From a virus (lineage: Duplodnaviria; Caudoviricetes), in IMG/VR virus record IMGVR_UViG_3300044580_000443, positions 1-24,069 of that record: 24,069 nucleotides of DNA; one strand, given 5' to 3'. The notes under the pieces were generated by a model. That model saw only the letters and a list, made by a program, of their open reading frames with translations. It was not told the origin of the DNA and did not search any database. Position numbers and translations under genes: made by a program. This document shows positions 7,837 to 14,724 of the stretch, piece by piece (within the stretch, counting starts at the first letter, position 1; the number at the start of each line of letters is the position of its first letter).

Positions 7837-8732
7837 TTCAGTAGCTCCTTGGCCCGGTGAACCGCCTCGGTTTCATTTTCGTAGAGATAATAGGACTCGC
7901 CCCCATCGCCGTCCTCGCCCATTGCGCCCCATCCAAAAGACACATAGTACAGTGCGCCCAGGTTGGTATCCCACTGAAACACGTCCACATCGGCGGAGTA
8001 GCTAGAAAATCCACTCCGGTGTATTTCGCCGTGGTGGATTTTGACCTTGCGCTCCACCTCCAGAGTCAGCAGCTTTTTCCACCGCTGGTCAACTTTCCAT
8101 TCCTTCATGCGCAGCGCGGCCTTGAGCGCGTCCAGGATATCCTGCGAAGTCGTAATAGCCGGCTCGTAATCGCAGTTTCCCGCCGTGACCCTCCCGTCGC
8201 TCCAGACCTGGATAGGATGTCCGGTGAAATAACTTTCGTGGTTATTCAAGAGGATCTCTACGCCGGGATCGAAAATGATTTGATCCATCGGATAATCGCG
8301 TACATTTGACAGCCAGTACGCATCCCGCTCGCAGATCACCACCTCGAACCGCATTACAAAGCGCCCGGTCTTACCTGCCGGCAGTTCACGATAGTGATGG
8401 TAATCCCGCGAGAGCACCGGAAAAGCAATCGCGGGATCGAACCAGGCAGGAACCTTTGCAGCGAAAAAATTTTGACTCCAGGCGTTCGGGGCGAAACGCG
8501 CCACGAGGCTGGGGTGATTGTTGTGCCAGACCTGGAATTCGCGCGGAATATTCAGCGCGTCGCTGACAGGGCATTCAATATAAGCCCATTCCCCATCGTA
8601 TCCAATGTTAATATCAGGGCGATCCGTGCTAAACCAGAATGCACGGGGGAATTTCTGGATGAATTCGTAATCAAAATTCAGGTCAGCCGGGATGATTTGA
8701 CCGAACAGTGCGAGTCCAATTTGCGTCGCCAT
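7833..8732 (-). CDS. Hypothetical protein, 299 aa, first gene of the operon
   Basis: AGGAGAGG RBS, directly downstream of a sigma70-like promoter. Confidence 0.8.
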   Translation of the reverse strand: MATQIGLALFGQIIPADLNFDYEFIQKFPRAFWFSTDRPDINIGYDGEWAYIECPVSDALNIPREFQVWHNNHPSLVARFAPNAWSQNFFAAKVPAWFDPAIAFPVLSRDYHHYRELPAGKTGRFVMRFEVVICERDAYWLSNVRDYPMDQIIFDPGVEILLNNHESYFTGHPIQVWSDGRVTAGNCDYEPAITTSQDILDALKAALRMKEWKVDQRWKKLLTLEVERKVKIHHGEIHRSGFSSYSADVDVFQWDTNLGALYYVSFGWGAMGEDGDGGESYYLYENETEAVHRAKELLK

Positions 8733-8742
8733 TTGCCTCTCC

Positions 8743-8792
8743 TGTGTAAATTAGATATACACATATTATACACATACACACGAAGATTACAA
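8743..8792 (-). promoter_or_regulatory. Sigma70-type promoter with TACACA/TGTGTA operator-like repeats
   Basis: -35 TTGTAA (8792-8787), 16-nt spacer, -10 TATAAT (8770-8765). TACACA occurs at 8758, 8769 and 8775, with inverted TGTGTA at 8743. Confidence 0.7.
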
Positions 8793-8829
8793 GAGGCAGT
8801 TTTCGCCAGCGAAATTAAATATGCGTGAA

Positions 8830-9138
8830 TTACAGCGCCCCGACCGAATAATCGATATCCGGGTAATCTTCTGGTTTTGGCGCGGGCCGCCCGGCGGCGT
8901 GCGTCAACCATTCCGAACCGTCCCTGCCGCACACGAAGTAGCGCGGCCCAGAGGTAATAGTGTTGGTGATCTGCCGGCCCGTGTAGGCGTCGATGCCATA
9001 GCGTTGGGTCAGCCAGGCCTCGCAGTCCGATTTGCGCGCCATGCCGCCGGAGATCACAATCAGGTACTGCCAATCGATGGCAGCCTGGAGGATTTCGTTA
9101 AATTTCTCTTCACTCAAATTCGTAAAATAGGTGCCCAT
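8830..9138 (-). CDS. Hypothetical protein, 102 aa, downstream of Ro60
   Basis: GGGAG RBS. It fills the gap between the Ro60 gene and the next promoter. Confidence 0.7.
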   Translation of the reverse strand: MGTYFTNLSEEKFNEILQAAIDWQYLIVISGGMARKSDCEAWLTQRYGIDAYTGRQITNTITSGPRYFVCGRDGSEWLTHAAGRPAPKPEDYPDIDYSVGAL

Positions 9139-9152
9139 GTACGCTCCCGTTG

Positions 9153-9188
9153 AATTCCCGGCGGGCCGTATCTGACCCGCCGGGAATT
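9153..9188 (-). terminator. 13-bp hairpin right after the Ro60 stop (terminator or mRNA-stabilising stem)
   Basis: aattcccggcggg-N10-cccgccgggaatt, without a strong U tract. Confidence 0.55.
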
Positions 9189-9190
9189 GT

Positions 9191-10807
9191 TTACTCCATC
9201 AGCGCAAAGTTGGAAATCAGCGCCGGCGTGGCGGAGTCGAACCCCACCACGTCCAGCATACCGGCGTCGTTTGGATCGGCAATCGAGAAGCCGTTGGAGG
9301 TCATCCCCACCACCACTAACTTCGCCGGGATGCCCATCAATTCGCGGTAGCGCTTTAATGCCTGGACGGGGTGGATGCGCCCGGCCCAGGTTTCTGAGTC
9401 GGTGTAGACCACAAATACGTCGATCGGCAGCCTGTGCTGAGTCGCGTAGAGCATCGGCAAGGCGCAGTCCGTGCCGCTGAATGGCAGCCCGCTCAGGCGC
9501 GCAATAACCGACTCGAGCCGGTCCGTCTTCCCTAGATCGAGCGGCGTAATCCCATCTTCCACTTCGGTCTGGCGACCGGCGCTGTAATTGGTGTAGCGCC
9601 CGTTGGAAAAGATCGTTACCAGCGTATTCTCTTCCACGGCGCGGGTGACCATCGCCATCGCCGCCGATCCGATGCGCGGCGTAATGCCCGGCATCCCGGC
9701 AATCTCTCCACTGTCCATCGACCCAGACACGTCCAGCGCGAGCATCATGCGCTTGCGCGTCGGCTCCACGTACTGGAAGGCCAGGTAAAACGCCTTTTCC
9801 AGCGCGTCCAGGATCTCACTCACCGGAGTCCAGGACAAATGCCCGCGCTCGCCGTGGCCCTGCCCATAGACTTTCAGCGCGCCCAAAATCGACAGCGGGT
9901 GCAGCCGCGCGTGGCGAATGGCCGCGCCGTCATATAGGCGGCTAACTACCGCGCTCGCCTCTTCCGATCCTGGAGCGAGCGCGCCGGCGGCGGTCATGCG
10001 CCCCAGGTTGCGCAGCAGGGCGGTCATGGGCAGGGAGGGCAGCAGCGCTTTCCAGACCGCGGCGCTCTTGAGCCATTCCGTGGGAACCGCCTCCCACGGA
10101 AGATGACAGGCCGCGAGGATCTGCAAGAGTTCCGCTTCGCTCCCTACCCGGCGAGCGGCGTCGAAGGCTTGCAGCAGGTCCGGCGCGCCGGCCAGTTCCC
10201 CGGTCATCACCCAACGAAAAATCGGGTTGAGCGCCTCGGATTTCGGGTGAGCAAGCACGAGCGCGTCTCTGTGCGACCAGCCGTCCCTCTGCTGGTACTT
10301 GACCACCTGGTAGGCCAGATCGTCCGCGTCTTTCCACGTGTACCAGCGCGCCACAGCCCGGCGCAGCCCGCGCCCCCAGCCGCGCAGCCCTTGCGCGTAG
10401 TCGAGAAAATGAAACAAGTGGGTGCCGGTGCGCGCCACGCTGGGCAGCTCGTGGAAAGCCAATGCGCGCGTGCGTTCGTCTCCCAGCGCGGCGGCCAGCG
10501 CCAGCGCAAACAGGGCCGGGTCGTTCTTGGCCGCGCGCCCGGCGACGGAAATAGAAGAGATCATCGCCACGGCCCGCGGGCCATCGGCGCGAATGCAGCG
10601 CTCCGCGACGGCGGCGTTCTCGCGGGTCAGCGCGTGTTCGGCGATGTAATACGCGCCGCCCTCGCTACCCAGGATCAAGAAGCGCTCGAAACGCTTCCAA
10701 TCGTCCAGGGCAAAAGAAAATCCGCCGGCGGAGTTGGGAACCATATCTCTGCCCGGGATTGGGCGTGACTGCGGGGTGGAGCGGGTGGAATAGGTGCTAA
10801 AAGGCAT
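9191..10807 (-). CDS. rsr: Ro60/TROVE-domain RNA-binding protein (Ro sixty-related)
   Basis: N-terminal TPQSRPIPG..MVPNSAGGFSF, RFLILGSEGGAYY, RTGTHLFHF, RGWGRGLRRAVARWY, KYQQRDGWSHRD, TALLRNLGRMT, ARLHP. C-terminal vWA with MIDAS LALDVSGSM, GTDCALPM, YTDSETW, MLDVVGFD. AGGAGG RBS before MPFSTY. Confidence 0.96.
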   Translation of the reverse strand: MPFSTYSTRSTPQSRPIPGRDMVPNSAGGFSFALDDWKRFERFLILGSEGGAYYIAEHALTRENAAVAERCIRADGPRAVAMISSISVAGRAAKNDPALFALALAAALGDERTRALAFHELPSVARTGTHLFHFLDYAQGLRGWGRGLRRAVARWYTWKDADDLAYQVVKYQQRDGWSHRDALVLAHPKSEALNPIFRWVMTGELAGAPDLLQAFDAARRVGSEAELLQILAACHLPWEAVPTEWLKSAAVWKALLPSLPMTALLRNLGRMTAAGALAPGSEEASAVVSRLYDGAAIRHARLHPLSILGALKVYGQGHGERGHLSWTPVSEILDALEKAFYLAFQYVEPTRKRMMLALDVSGSMDSGEIAGMPGITPRIGSAAMAMVTRAVEENTLVTIFSNGRYTNYSAGRQTEVEDGITPLDLGKTDRLESVIARLSGLPFSGTDCALPMLYATQHRLPIDVFVVYTDSETWAGRIHPVQALKRYRELMGIPAKLVVVGMTSNGFSIADPNDAGMLDVVGFDSATPALISNFALME

Positions 10808-10979
10808 GAGAGTCCTCCTGGATTGATTCATCTGGCCCGCGCCGGGCCAGTTCTCGGTACGCTTCGTTCAAAGCCTCAAGCTGGTCGCTTTGCCAGCAGG
10901 ACGGGTGTACGGCCAGCATCCACGCCTCGATTTCTCCGGCGAGCTGGTTGAGGCGATGTACCCATTCTTCGATCGACAC
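10797..10979 (-). CDS. Small helical protein (60 aa) coupled to Ro60
   Basis: AGGAG RBS 5 nt before GTG (MSIEEWVHRLNQLAGEIEAW...). The stop overlaps the rsr start. Confidence 0.6.
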   Translation of the reverse strand: MSIEEWVHRLNQLAGEIEAWMLAVHPSCWQSDQLEALNEAYRELARRGPDESIQEDSHAF

Positions 10980-10992
10980 GGCAACTCCTGGA

Positions 10993-11020
10993 AACAAAAA
11001 AAACCGGGGCTTCCCGGTTT
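10993..11020 (-). terminator. Intrinsic terminator closing the Y-RNA array
   Basis: Minus strand aaaccggg-aagc-cccggttt followed by a long T run. Confidence 0.8.
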
Positions 11021-11029
11021 TAGAAAGAC

Positions 11030-11099
11030 TCAGCGGATAAATGTCTGGGCTGGGGGTTTCCTTATCAGTGATAACCCAACCCGTTCGACCCACTGCTGA
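11030..11099 (-). ncRNA. Y-RNA-like unit 4 (short)
   Basis: Terminal stem UCAGC/GCUGA. GGGUCGAACG matches the bacterial Y RNA GNCGAAN(0-1)G motif. Stem GGGUUGGG/CCCAGCCC, GUUAUC, 3' CAUUUAUCC. Confidence 0.75.
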
Positions 11100-11110
11100 A
11101 GTACACGGCT

Positions 11111-11169
11111 TGCGGGCAAATGGCGCTGGAAGAATGAGGTCCACCGGTAACTCAGGCTTCCGGCCCGCA
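11111..11169 (-). ncRNA. Y-RNA-like unit 3 (short)
   Basis: Terminal stem UGCGGGC/GCCCGCA. GGGCCGGAAG...GUUACC...CAUUUGCCC, the same motif order as the other units. Confidence 0.7.
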
Positions 11170-11183
11170 TCAAAAATTTATAT

Positions 11184-11309
11184 CGCCAGGGGAGGGAGTC
11201 GGACCCTCATCGCTCGATTACAAGTCGATAACCGTCCACTGCCGGCCCAAGGGGGTGTGGGCAAAGTTTTGCGGACGCTTTAGTGCTCTATCCATTGAGC
11301 TACCCTGAC
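11184..11309 (-). ncRNA. tRNA-like Y RNA (YrlA-related, circularly permuted): tRNA-Thr(UGU) scaffold with a 54-nt Y-module insertion
   Basis: Acceptor GUCAGGG/CCCUGGC, D arm GCUC-AAUGGAUA-GAGC, anticodon loop CUUGUAA, T arm GAGGG-UCCGACU-CCCUC. The insert at 11228-11281 carries UUUGCCC, GGGCCGG and GGUUAU. Confidence 0.85.
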
Positions 11310-11321
11310 ATGTTAATGAGT

Positions 11322-11386
11322 CAGCGGACAAATGATCGGGCTGGGGGACATTGTATGGGGGGTAACCCAACCCTGCCGGCCCGCTG
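11322..11386 (-). ncRNA. Y-RNA-like unit 1 (short; paralogue of unit 4)
   Basis: Terminal stem CAGCGG/CCGCUG. GGGCCGGCA-GGGUUGG-GUUACC...CCCAGCCC..CAUUUGUCC. The 5' end coincides with the predicted transcription start. Confidence 0.75.
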
Positions 11387-11391
11387 TAAAC

Positions 11392-11420
11392 ACTATACCA
11401 CGCCGCGAATGAAAATTCAA
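11392..11420 (-). promoter_or_regulatory. Sigma70-type promoter of the Y-RNA array
   Basis: -35 TTGAAT (11420-11415), 17-nt spacer, extended -10 TGgTATAGT (11397-11392). Confidence 0.8.
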
Positions 11421-11436
11421 TAGACAGAAAGAAAAT

Positions 11437-11465
11437 AAAAAGCGCGAAATTAAATATGCTATCAT
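11437..11465 (+). promoter_or_regulatory. Putative late promoter (AAAAAG-N17-extended -10)
   Basis: AAAAAGCGC-N11-TGcTATCAT. The same layout occurs at 14725 and 23795. Confidence 0.55.
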
Positions 11466-11568
11466 TGAGATAGCCGGGCCGGGCATTCCGGCCATTGACG
11501 GAATTTGGCTCCCGTGTGCTGCAAGCAGCGCAAGGGGTCATTGCTTTTAAATCTCTAGGAGGCCGGAA

Positions 11569-13101
11569 ATGCCTGACATCAGAGCAGATGAAATTGGGAC
11601 TCAAAAACATCACCGTACTTTTATCCAGTACGGTGGGCCCCGGCCCGGTAACCCCGTGCGGTACGCCGGGCAGGACGCCCAGTACGTAATCATTCAAGGG
11701 ACCGAGAACCCGGAAACCGGCGGCTTCGACCCGGTCTGGGTGCCCGATCCCAACCGGATCGGACGCTACCGCCTGGTGGGCCGCTCGGTTTCCACGCCGG
11801 ACATGCCGTCATCGACGCTGGTTTTCCATGAAAAGCACGGCACGATCCCGCGCTCCCTGATTCAGCACGGGCGGCTGAATGCCTACGAAGTGGTGGGCAA
11901 GTGCAAGGATCTGTCGGACTTCTTGCGCGGCTGGACATCCTACGTGCAAATCTACGAGGACGGCGAAGTCAGCGACAAAGACCTGGGCGACCGCCAGTCG
12001 TGGGACTCGGATGATGGAATCGAGAACAGCCTGACCGTGACCTGGGCCAGCGTCTACCCCATCGGCGCGCTGGCTTTCGGCGAGCAGGCTTCCACGCAGG
12101 TTGACCGCGAAGTCAAGGGCGTCACGTATGCTTCTGGCGACGCCTGCATCGACCCGAACGATTTCGGCGATAAGCGCATCTACGCGGTGGTTTCTCCCTC
12201 TGGGGCCGGTTCGCCGGGCCTGCCCGCTGAAGTGGTCTACTCCCTGGACGGCGGGGCGGTCTGGTACCAGACCAATATCGACGGCATTGGCGCAACCGAG
12301 GCCGTGTTCGGCATTGCCGTGGTCGGGTCGTACCTGCTGGTGATCGGCACCGCGGCGTACTACTTCTGCGAGGTCAACACCAAGACCGGCGTGCCCGGCA
12401 CATGGACGAAGGTCACGACCGGATTCGTGGCCGCGCACAACCCCAACGACGTGCTGGTGCTCTCGCCGCGCGAGATTTTCTTCGCTGGCGACGGCGGGTA
12501 CATCTACAAATCGACGGACATCACCGCCGGCGTGACCGTGATCAACGCGGGCGTGGCCACCACGCAGAATCTGCTGCGCATCGCCGGTACGGGCGAAACC
12601 CTGCTGGCGACCGGCGTGGGCGGCGCGATTGCGAAATCAGCCAACCGCGGCGAGACCTGGGCCCTGACCACCACCACTCCCGAGACGGGCTGGATTCAGG
12701 CCGTGGAAGTGATCAATGATGAGGTGTACTGGGTGGGGTCATCCAACGGCTTCGTCTATTCGACCGAAAACGGCGGGGAGACGTGGACGCCCAAGACCAT
12801 GCCCGGCGCGACCGCCGGCGGGGCCATCCGCGACATCAAGTTCCCCACCCAGTCGGTTGGCTACGTGCTGTGGAATTCCAGTTCCCCGGCCGGCCGCCTG
12901 TACACGACCTGGAACGGCGGGGCGGACTGGACGTACCAGCAGAGCCGCATCCTCAACTTCCCCACCATCGACTGGGGCAATCGTCTGGCTTACCCAAAGA
13001 CGGATTATCCCGGTTACAACTGCAACGCGCTCGCCATCGGCGGGCTGGCCGGTAACGGCGTGGACGGCGTGATCCTGATTGGCTACGCCGGACGCCAGTA
13101 A
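11569..13101 (+). CDS. Probable major tail (tube) protein fused to an Asp-box/BNR beta-propeller
   Basis: It sits immediately before the tail chaperone and tape measure genes. Asp-box repeats SLDGGAVW, SANRGETW, STENGGETW, TWNGGADW. AGGAGG RBS. The tail-tube role is inferred from synteny. Confidence 0.7.
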   Translation: MPDIRADEIGTQKHHRTFIQYGGPRPGNPVRYAGQDAQYVIIQGTENPETGGFDPVWVPDPNRIGRYRLVGRSVSTPDMPSSTLVFHEKHGTIPRSLIQHGRLNAYEVVGKCKDLSDFLRGWTSYVQIYEDGEVSDKDLGDRQSWDSDDGIENSLTVTWASVYPIGALAFGEQASTQVDREVKGVTYASGDACIDPNDFGDKRIYAVVSPSGAGSPGLPAEVVYSLDGGAVWYQTNIDGIGATEAVFGIAVVGSYLLVIGTAAYYFCEVNTKTGVPGTWTKVTTGFVAAHNPNDVLVLSPREIFFAGDGGYIYKSTDITAGVTVINAGVATTQNLLRIAGTGETLLATGVGGAIAKSANRGETWALTTTTPETGWIQAVEVINDEVYWVGSSNGFVYSTENGGETWTPKTMPGATAGGAIRDIKFPTQSVGYVLWNSSSPAGRLYTTWNGGADWTYQQSRILNFPTIDWGNRLAYPKTDYPGYNCNALAIGGLAGNGVDGVILIGYAGRQ

Positions 13102-13113
13102 ATTCTTGAACGA

Positions 13114-13140
13114 CAGGGGCCGGGGCGTTCCCGGCCCCTG
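13114..13140 (+). terminator. 11-bp hairpin after the major tail gene
   Basis: caggggccggg-gcgtt-cccggcccctg. Confidence 0.6.
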
Positions 13141-13184
13141 AATTACGTGGGTCAATTCAACACATTCTCTGGAGGAAAAATACC

Positions 13185-13706
13185 ATGTCTCTCCCCTTGA
13201 AACCCGGTGAGATTACGTTCTTCACCGTCCCGGATACGCAGGTGCAAATCCCTGTGCGCAAGGTCTCCTACGCCCTGCTGCAGGAAGTACAAACCAGCGA
13301 GCGGCGCAAATTCCCCGCGCCCCAACCGCCGGTCAACGAAGTGGATTACGGCGATGGGTTGGTCAAAGAGCCCAACCTGGCCGACCCGGATTACCTGGCC
13401 GCGCTGAAAGCGCACGAAGAGTCTCTCAACGCCCGCCTGGAAACGGCCACGCGCCGCCTGCTGATCAAGCGCGGCGTGACGCCTTTCCTGGATTGGAACG
13501 AAGACAAGCAGTCTGCCGTTGACGAACTGCGCGCCGAAATGCGCGATGAATTTGGAACAGAAATCGAAGAGAAGGACGATAAAGTGGTCTGGGTCACCTT
13601 CATCGCTTTGGGCTCGATGGAGGACTGGGGCGATTTCATCACCTTCCTGACCCGCCGCTCCGTCCCAACGGAGGCCGCGATCCAGGAGCAGATCGAGAAA
13701 TTTTGA
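13185..13706 (+). CDS. Tail assembly chaperone (gpG-like)
   Basis: Acidic 173-aa protein between the major tail and tape measure genes, with a GGAGG RBS. It ends in AAA TTT TGA with an overlapping open frame. Confidence 0.75.
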   Translation: MSLPLKPGEITFFTVPDTQVQIPVRKVSYALLQEVQTSERRKFPAPQPPVNEVDYGDGLVKEPNLADPDYLAALKAHEESLNARLETATRRLLIKRGVTPFLDWNEDKQSAVDELRAEMRDEFGTEIEEKDDKVVWVTFIALGSMEDWGDFITFLTRRSVPTEAAIQEQIEKF

Positions 13707-13941
13707 CGTTCGCCTGGGCGGACGCGATATTTTCTCGTATCGCCTTCCCCGCTCCGGGATCACCTACGGAAATCCAGAGATGGAAATGCGCCTGGCCGCG
13801 CAGTGGTCGCACTACACCTTTGAAAAATTCGTGGAATTAGACGGGGAAGACATGGCGGCCATTATCGCCGCTTACCGGGTGAATAACTACGCGGATGCCC
13901 TGGTCGCTCACCGGGCCAGCAATACCGCCAAAAAGAAATAA
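13702..13941 (+). CDS. gpT-like frameshift extension of the tail chaperone (+1 frame)
   Basis: An 80-codon frame (including the stop) FDVRLGGRDIFSYRLPRSG...EMRLAAQWSHYTFEKFVELDGEDMAAIIAAYR...AKKK*. It is not in the ORF track and is followed by a palindrome. Confidence 0.7.
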   Translation, partial: FDVRLGGRDIFSYRLPRSGITYGNPEMEMRLAAQWSHYTFEKFVELDGEDMAAIIAAYRVNNYADALVAHRASNTAKKK

Positions 13942-13943
13942 TC

Positions 13944-13967
13944 GAGCCGCCGGCGCGCCGGCGGCTC
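13944..13967. terminator. Perfect 24-bp palindrome between convergent genes
   Basis: gagccgccggcgcgccggcggctc. Confidence 0.65.
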
Positions 13968-13990
13968 TTCTAACCCCCTGGTCTTACAGA

Positions 13991-14224
13991 TCAACGCAAA
14001 CGAATGACCGCCGTGTTGGGGCGGCTCAAGAGCAGCTCCTTCGCCTCGGGCAGCCCTTCGGCGCGGAACTTGCGCGCCGATGTCTTGACGAATGGCCCGG
14101 CAATGATGCGCGTCGGGATGGAGTCGCGGTCGAAGTCGAACCGCTCTCCGATGTCCAGGTCCGCGAAACTCACCGCGGCCCGCCCAGCCCTCTGGTGGGA
14201 AAACTTCCTGCTTGCAGCGCCCAT
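13991..14224 (-). CDS. Hypothetical protein, 77 aa
   Basis: GGGAGG RBS. It follows the DUF559 gene and ends near the palindrome. Confidence 0.6.
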   Translation of the reverse strand: MGAASRKFSHQRAGRAAVSFADLDIGERFDFDRDSIPTRIIAGPFVKTSARKFRAEGLPEAKELLLSRPNTAVIRLR

Positions 14225-14242
14225 ACAACCTCCCGTATCGAA

Positions 14243-14647
14243 CTAAAAGCCTAAAATCTCACGGAAGCGCTCTTCTGTGAGGTCTTTCCGCGTGAGCGAA
14301 ATGAACGTCATCCCGTGCGCTTCGCACCAGCGCGCCTTGATTTCATCCAGCAGATCCATTTTCGATCCGCCGGAATTCCAGGAATGCCAGCCGTGGGAGC
14401 CGTCGATTTCAATGGCAATGCGGCGATCAGGGATATAGATATCGATCCACTGCGGACGGCCCGTCTCGTGGACGATCTCGTATTCCGTCTCAAAGGTCAC
14501 ATCCAGGGCGCGCAAAATTTCTTGCGCCGCGCGCTCGGACGGGGAAGGGTTCTCCTTTCGCCAGCCCGCCCAGAAGCGCGCGCGGGCCCAACCGCCCTTG
14601 CGCATTTGATCCGTGGTGAATGCGTGCCTGTTCGCTCCGATGCCCAT
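14243..14647 (-). CDS. DUF559/Vsr-like PD-(D/E)xK endonuclease
   Basis: NPSPSERAAQEIL...FETEY...WIDIYIPDRRIAIEIDGSHGWH, with a GGGAGG RBS. Confidence 0.8.
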   Translation of the reverse strand: MGIGANRHAFTTDQMRKGGWARARFWAGWRKENPSPSERAAQEILRALDVTFETEYEIVHETGRPQWIDIYIPDRRIAIEIDGSHGWHSWNSGGSKMDLLDEIKARWCEAHGMTFISLTRKDLTEERFREILGF

Positions 14648-14690
14648 CGCGCCTCCCGTTTCGTTCGTGAAATTTTATTTCGCTTGTTGT

Positions 14691-14719
14691 ATTATACGGC
14701 ATGGCGCATGATTTTGCAA
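14691..14719 (-). promoter_or_regulatory. Sigma70-type promoter of the nuclease moron
   Basis: TTGCAA-N17-TATAAT on the minus strand. Confidence 0.75.
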
Positions 14720-14724
14720 TAGGC

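Noticed and set aside
11184-11309. Ordinary functional tRNA-Thr gene or group I intron-containing tRNA
   Set aside because: The 54-nt insert sits in the anticodon stem, is far too short for a self-splicing intron and carries Y-type motifs. The T-loop has C55 and no CCA is encoded.
11030-11386. CRISPR array interpretation of the repeated units
   Set aside because: The repeats are degenerate structural motifs within hairpins, not identical direct repeats with regular spacers, and no cas genes are present.
10980-11697. ORF-track calls 11218-11697(-), 11041-11283(+), 11313-11495(-) and the long N-terminus of 10797-11144
   Set aside because: They run across a terminator, ncRNAs and promoters, and have no RBS or protein-like composition.
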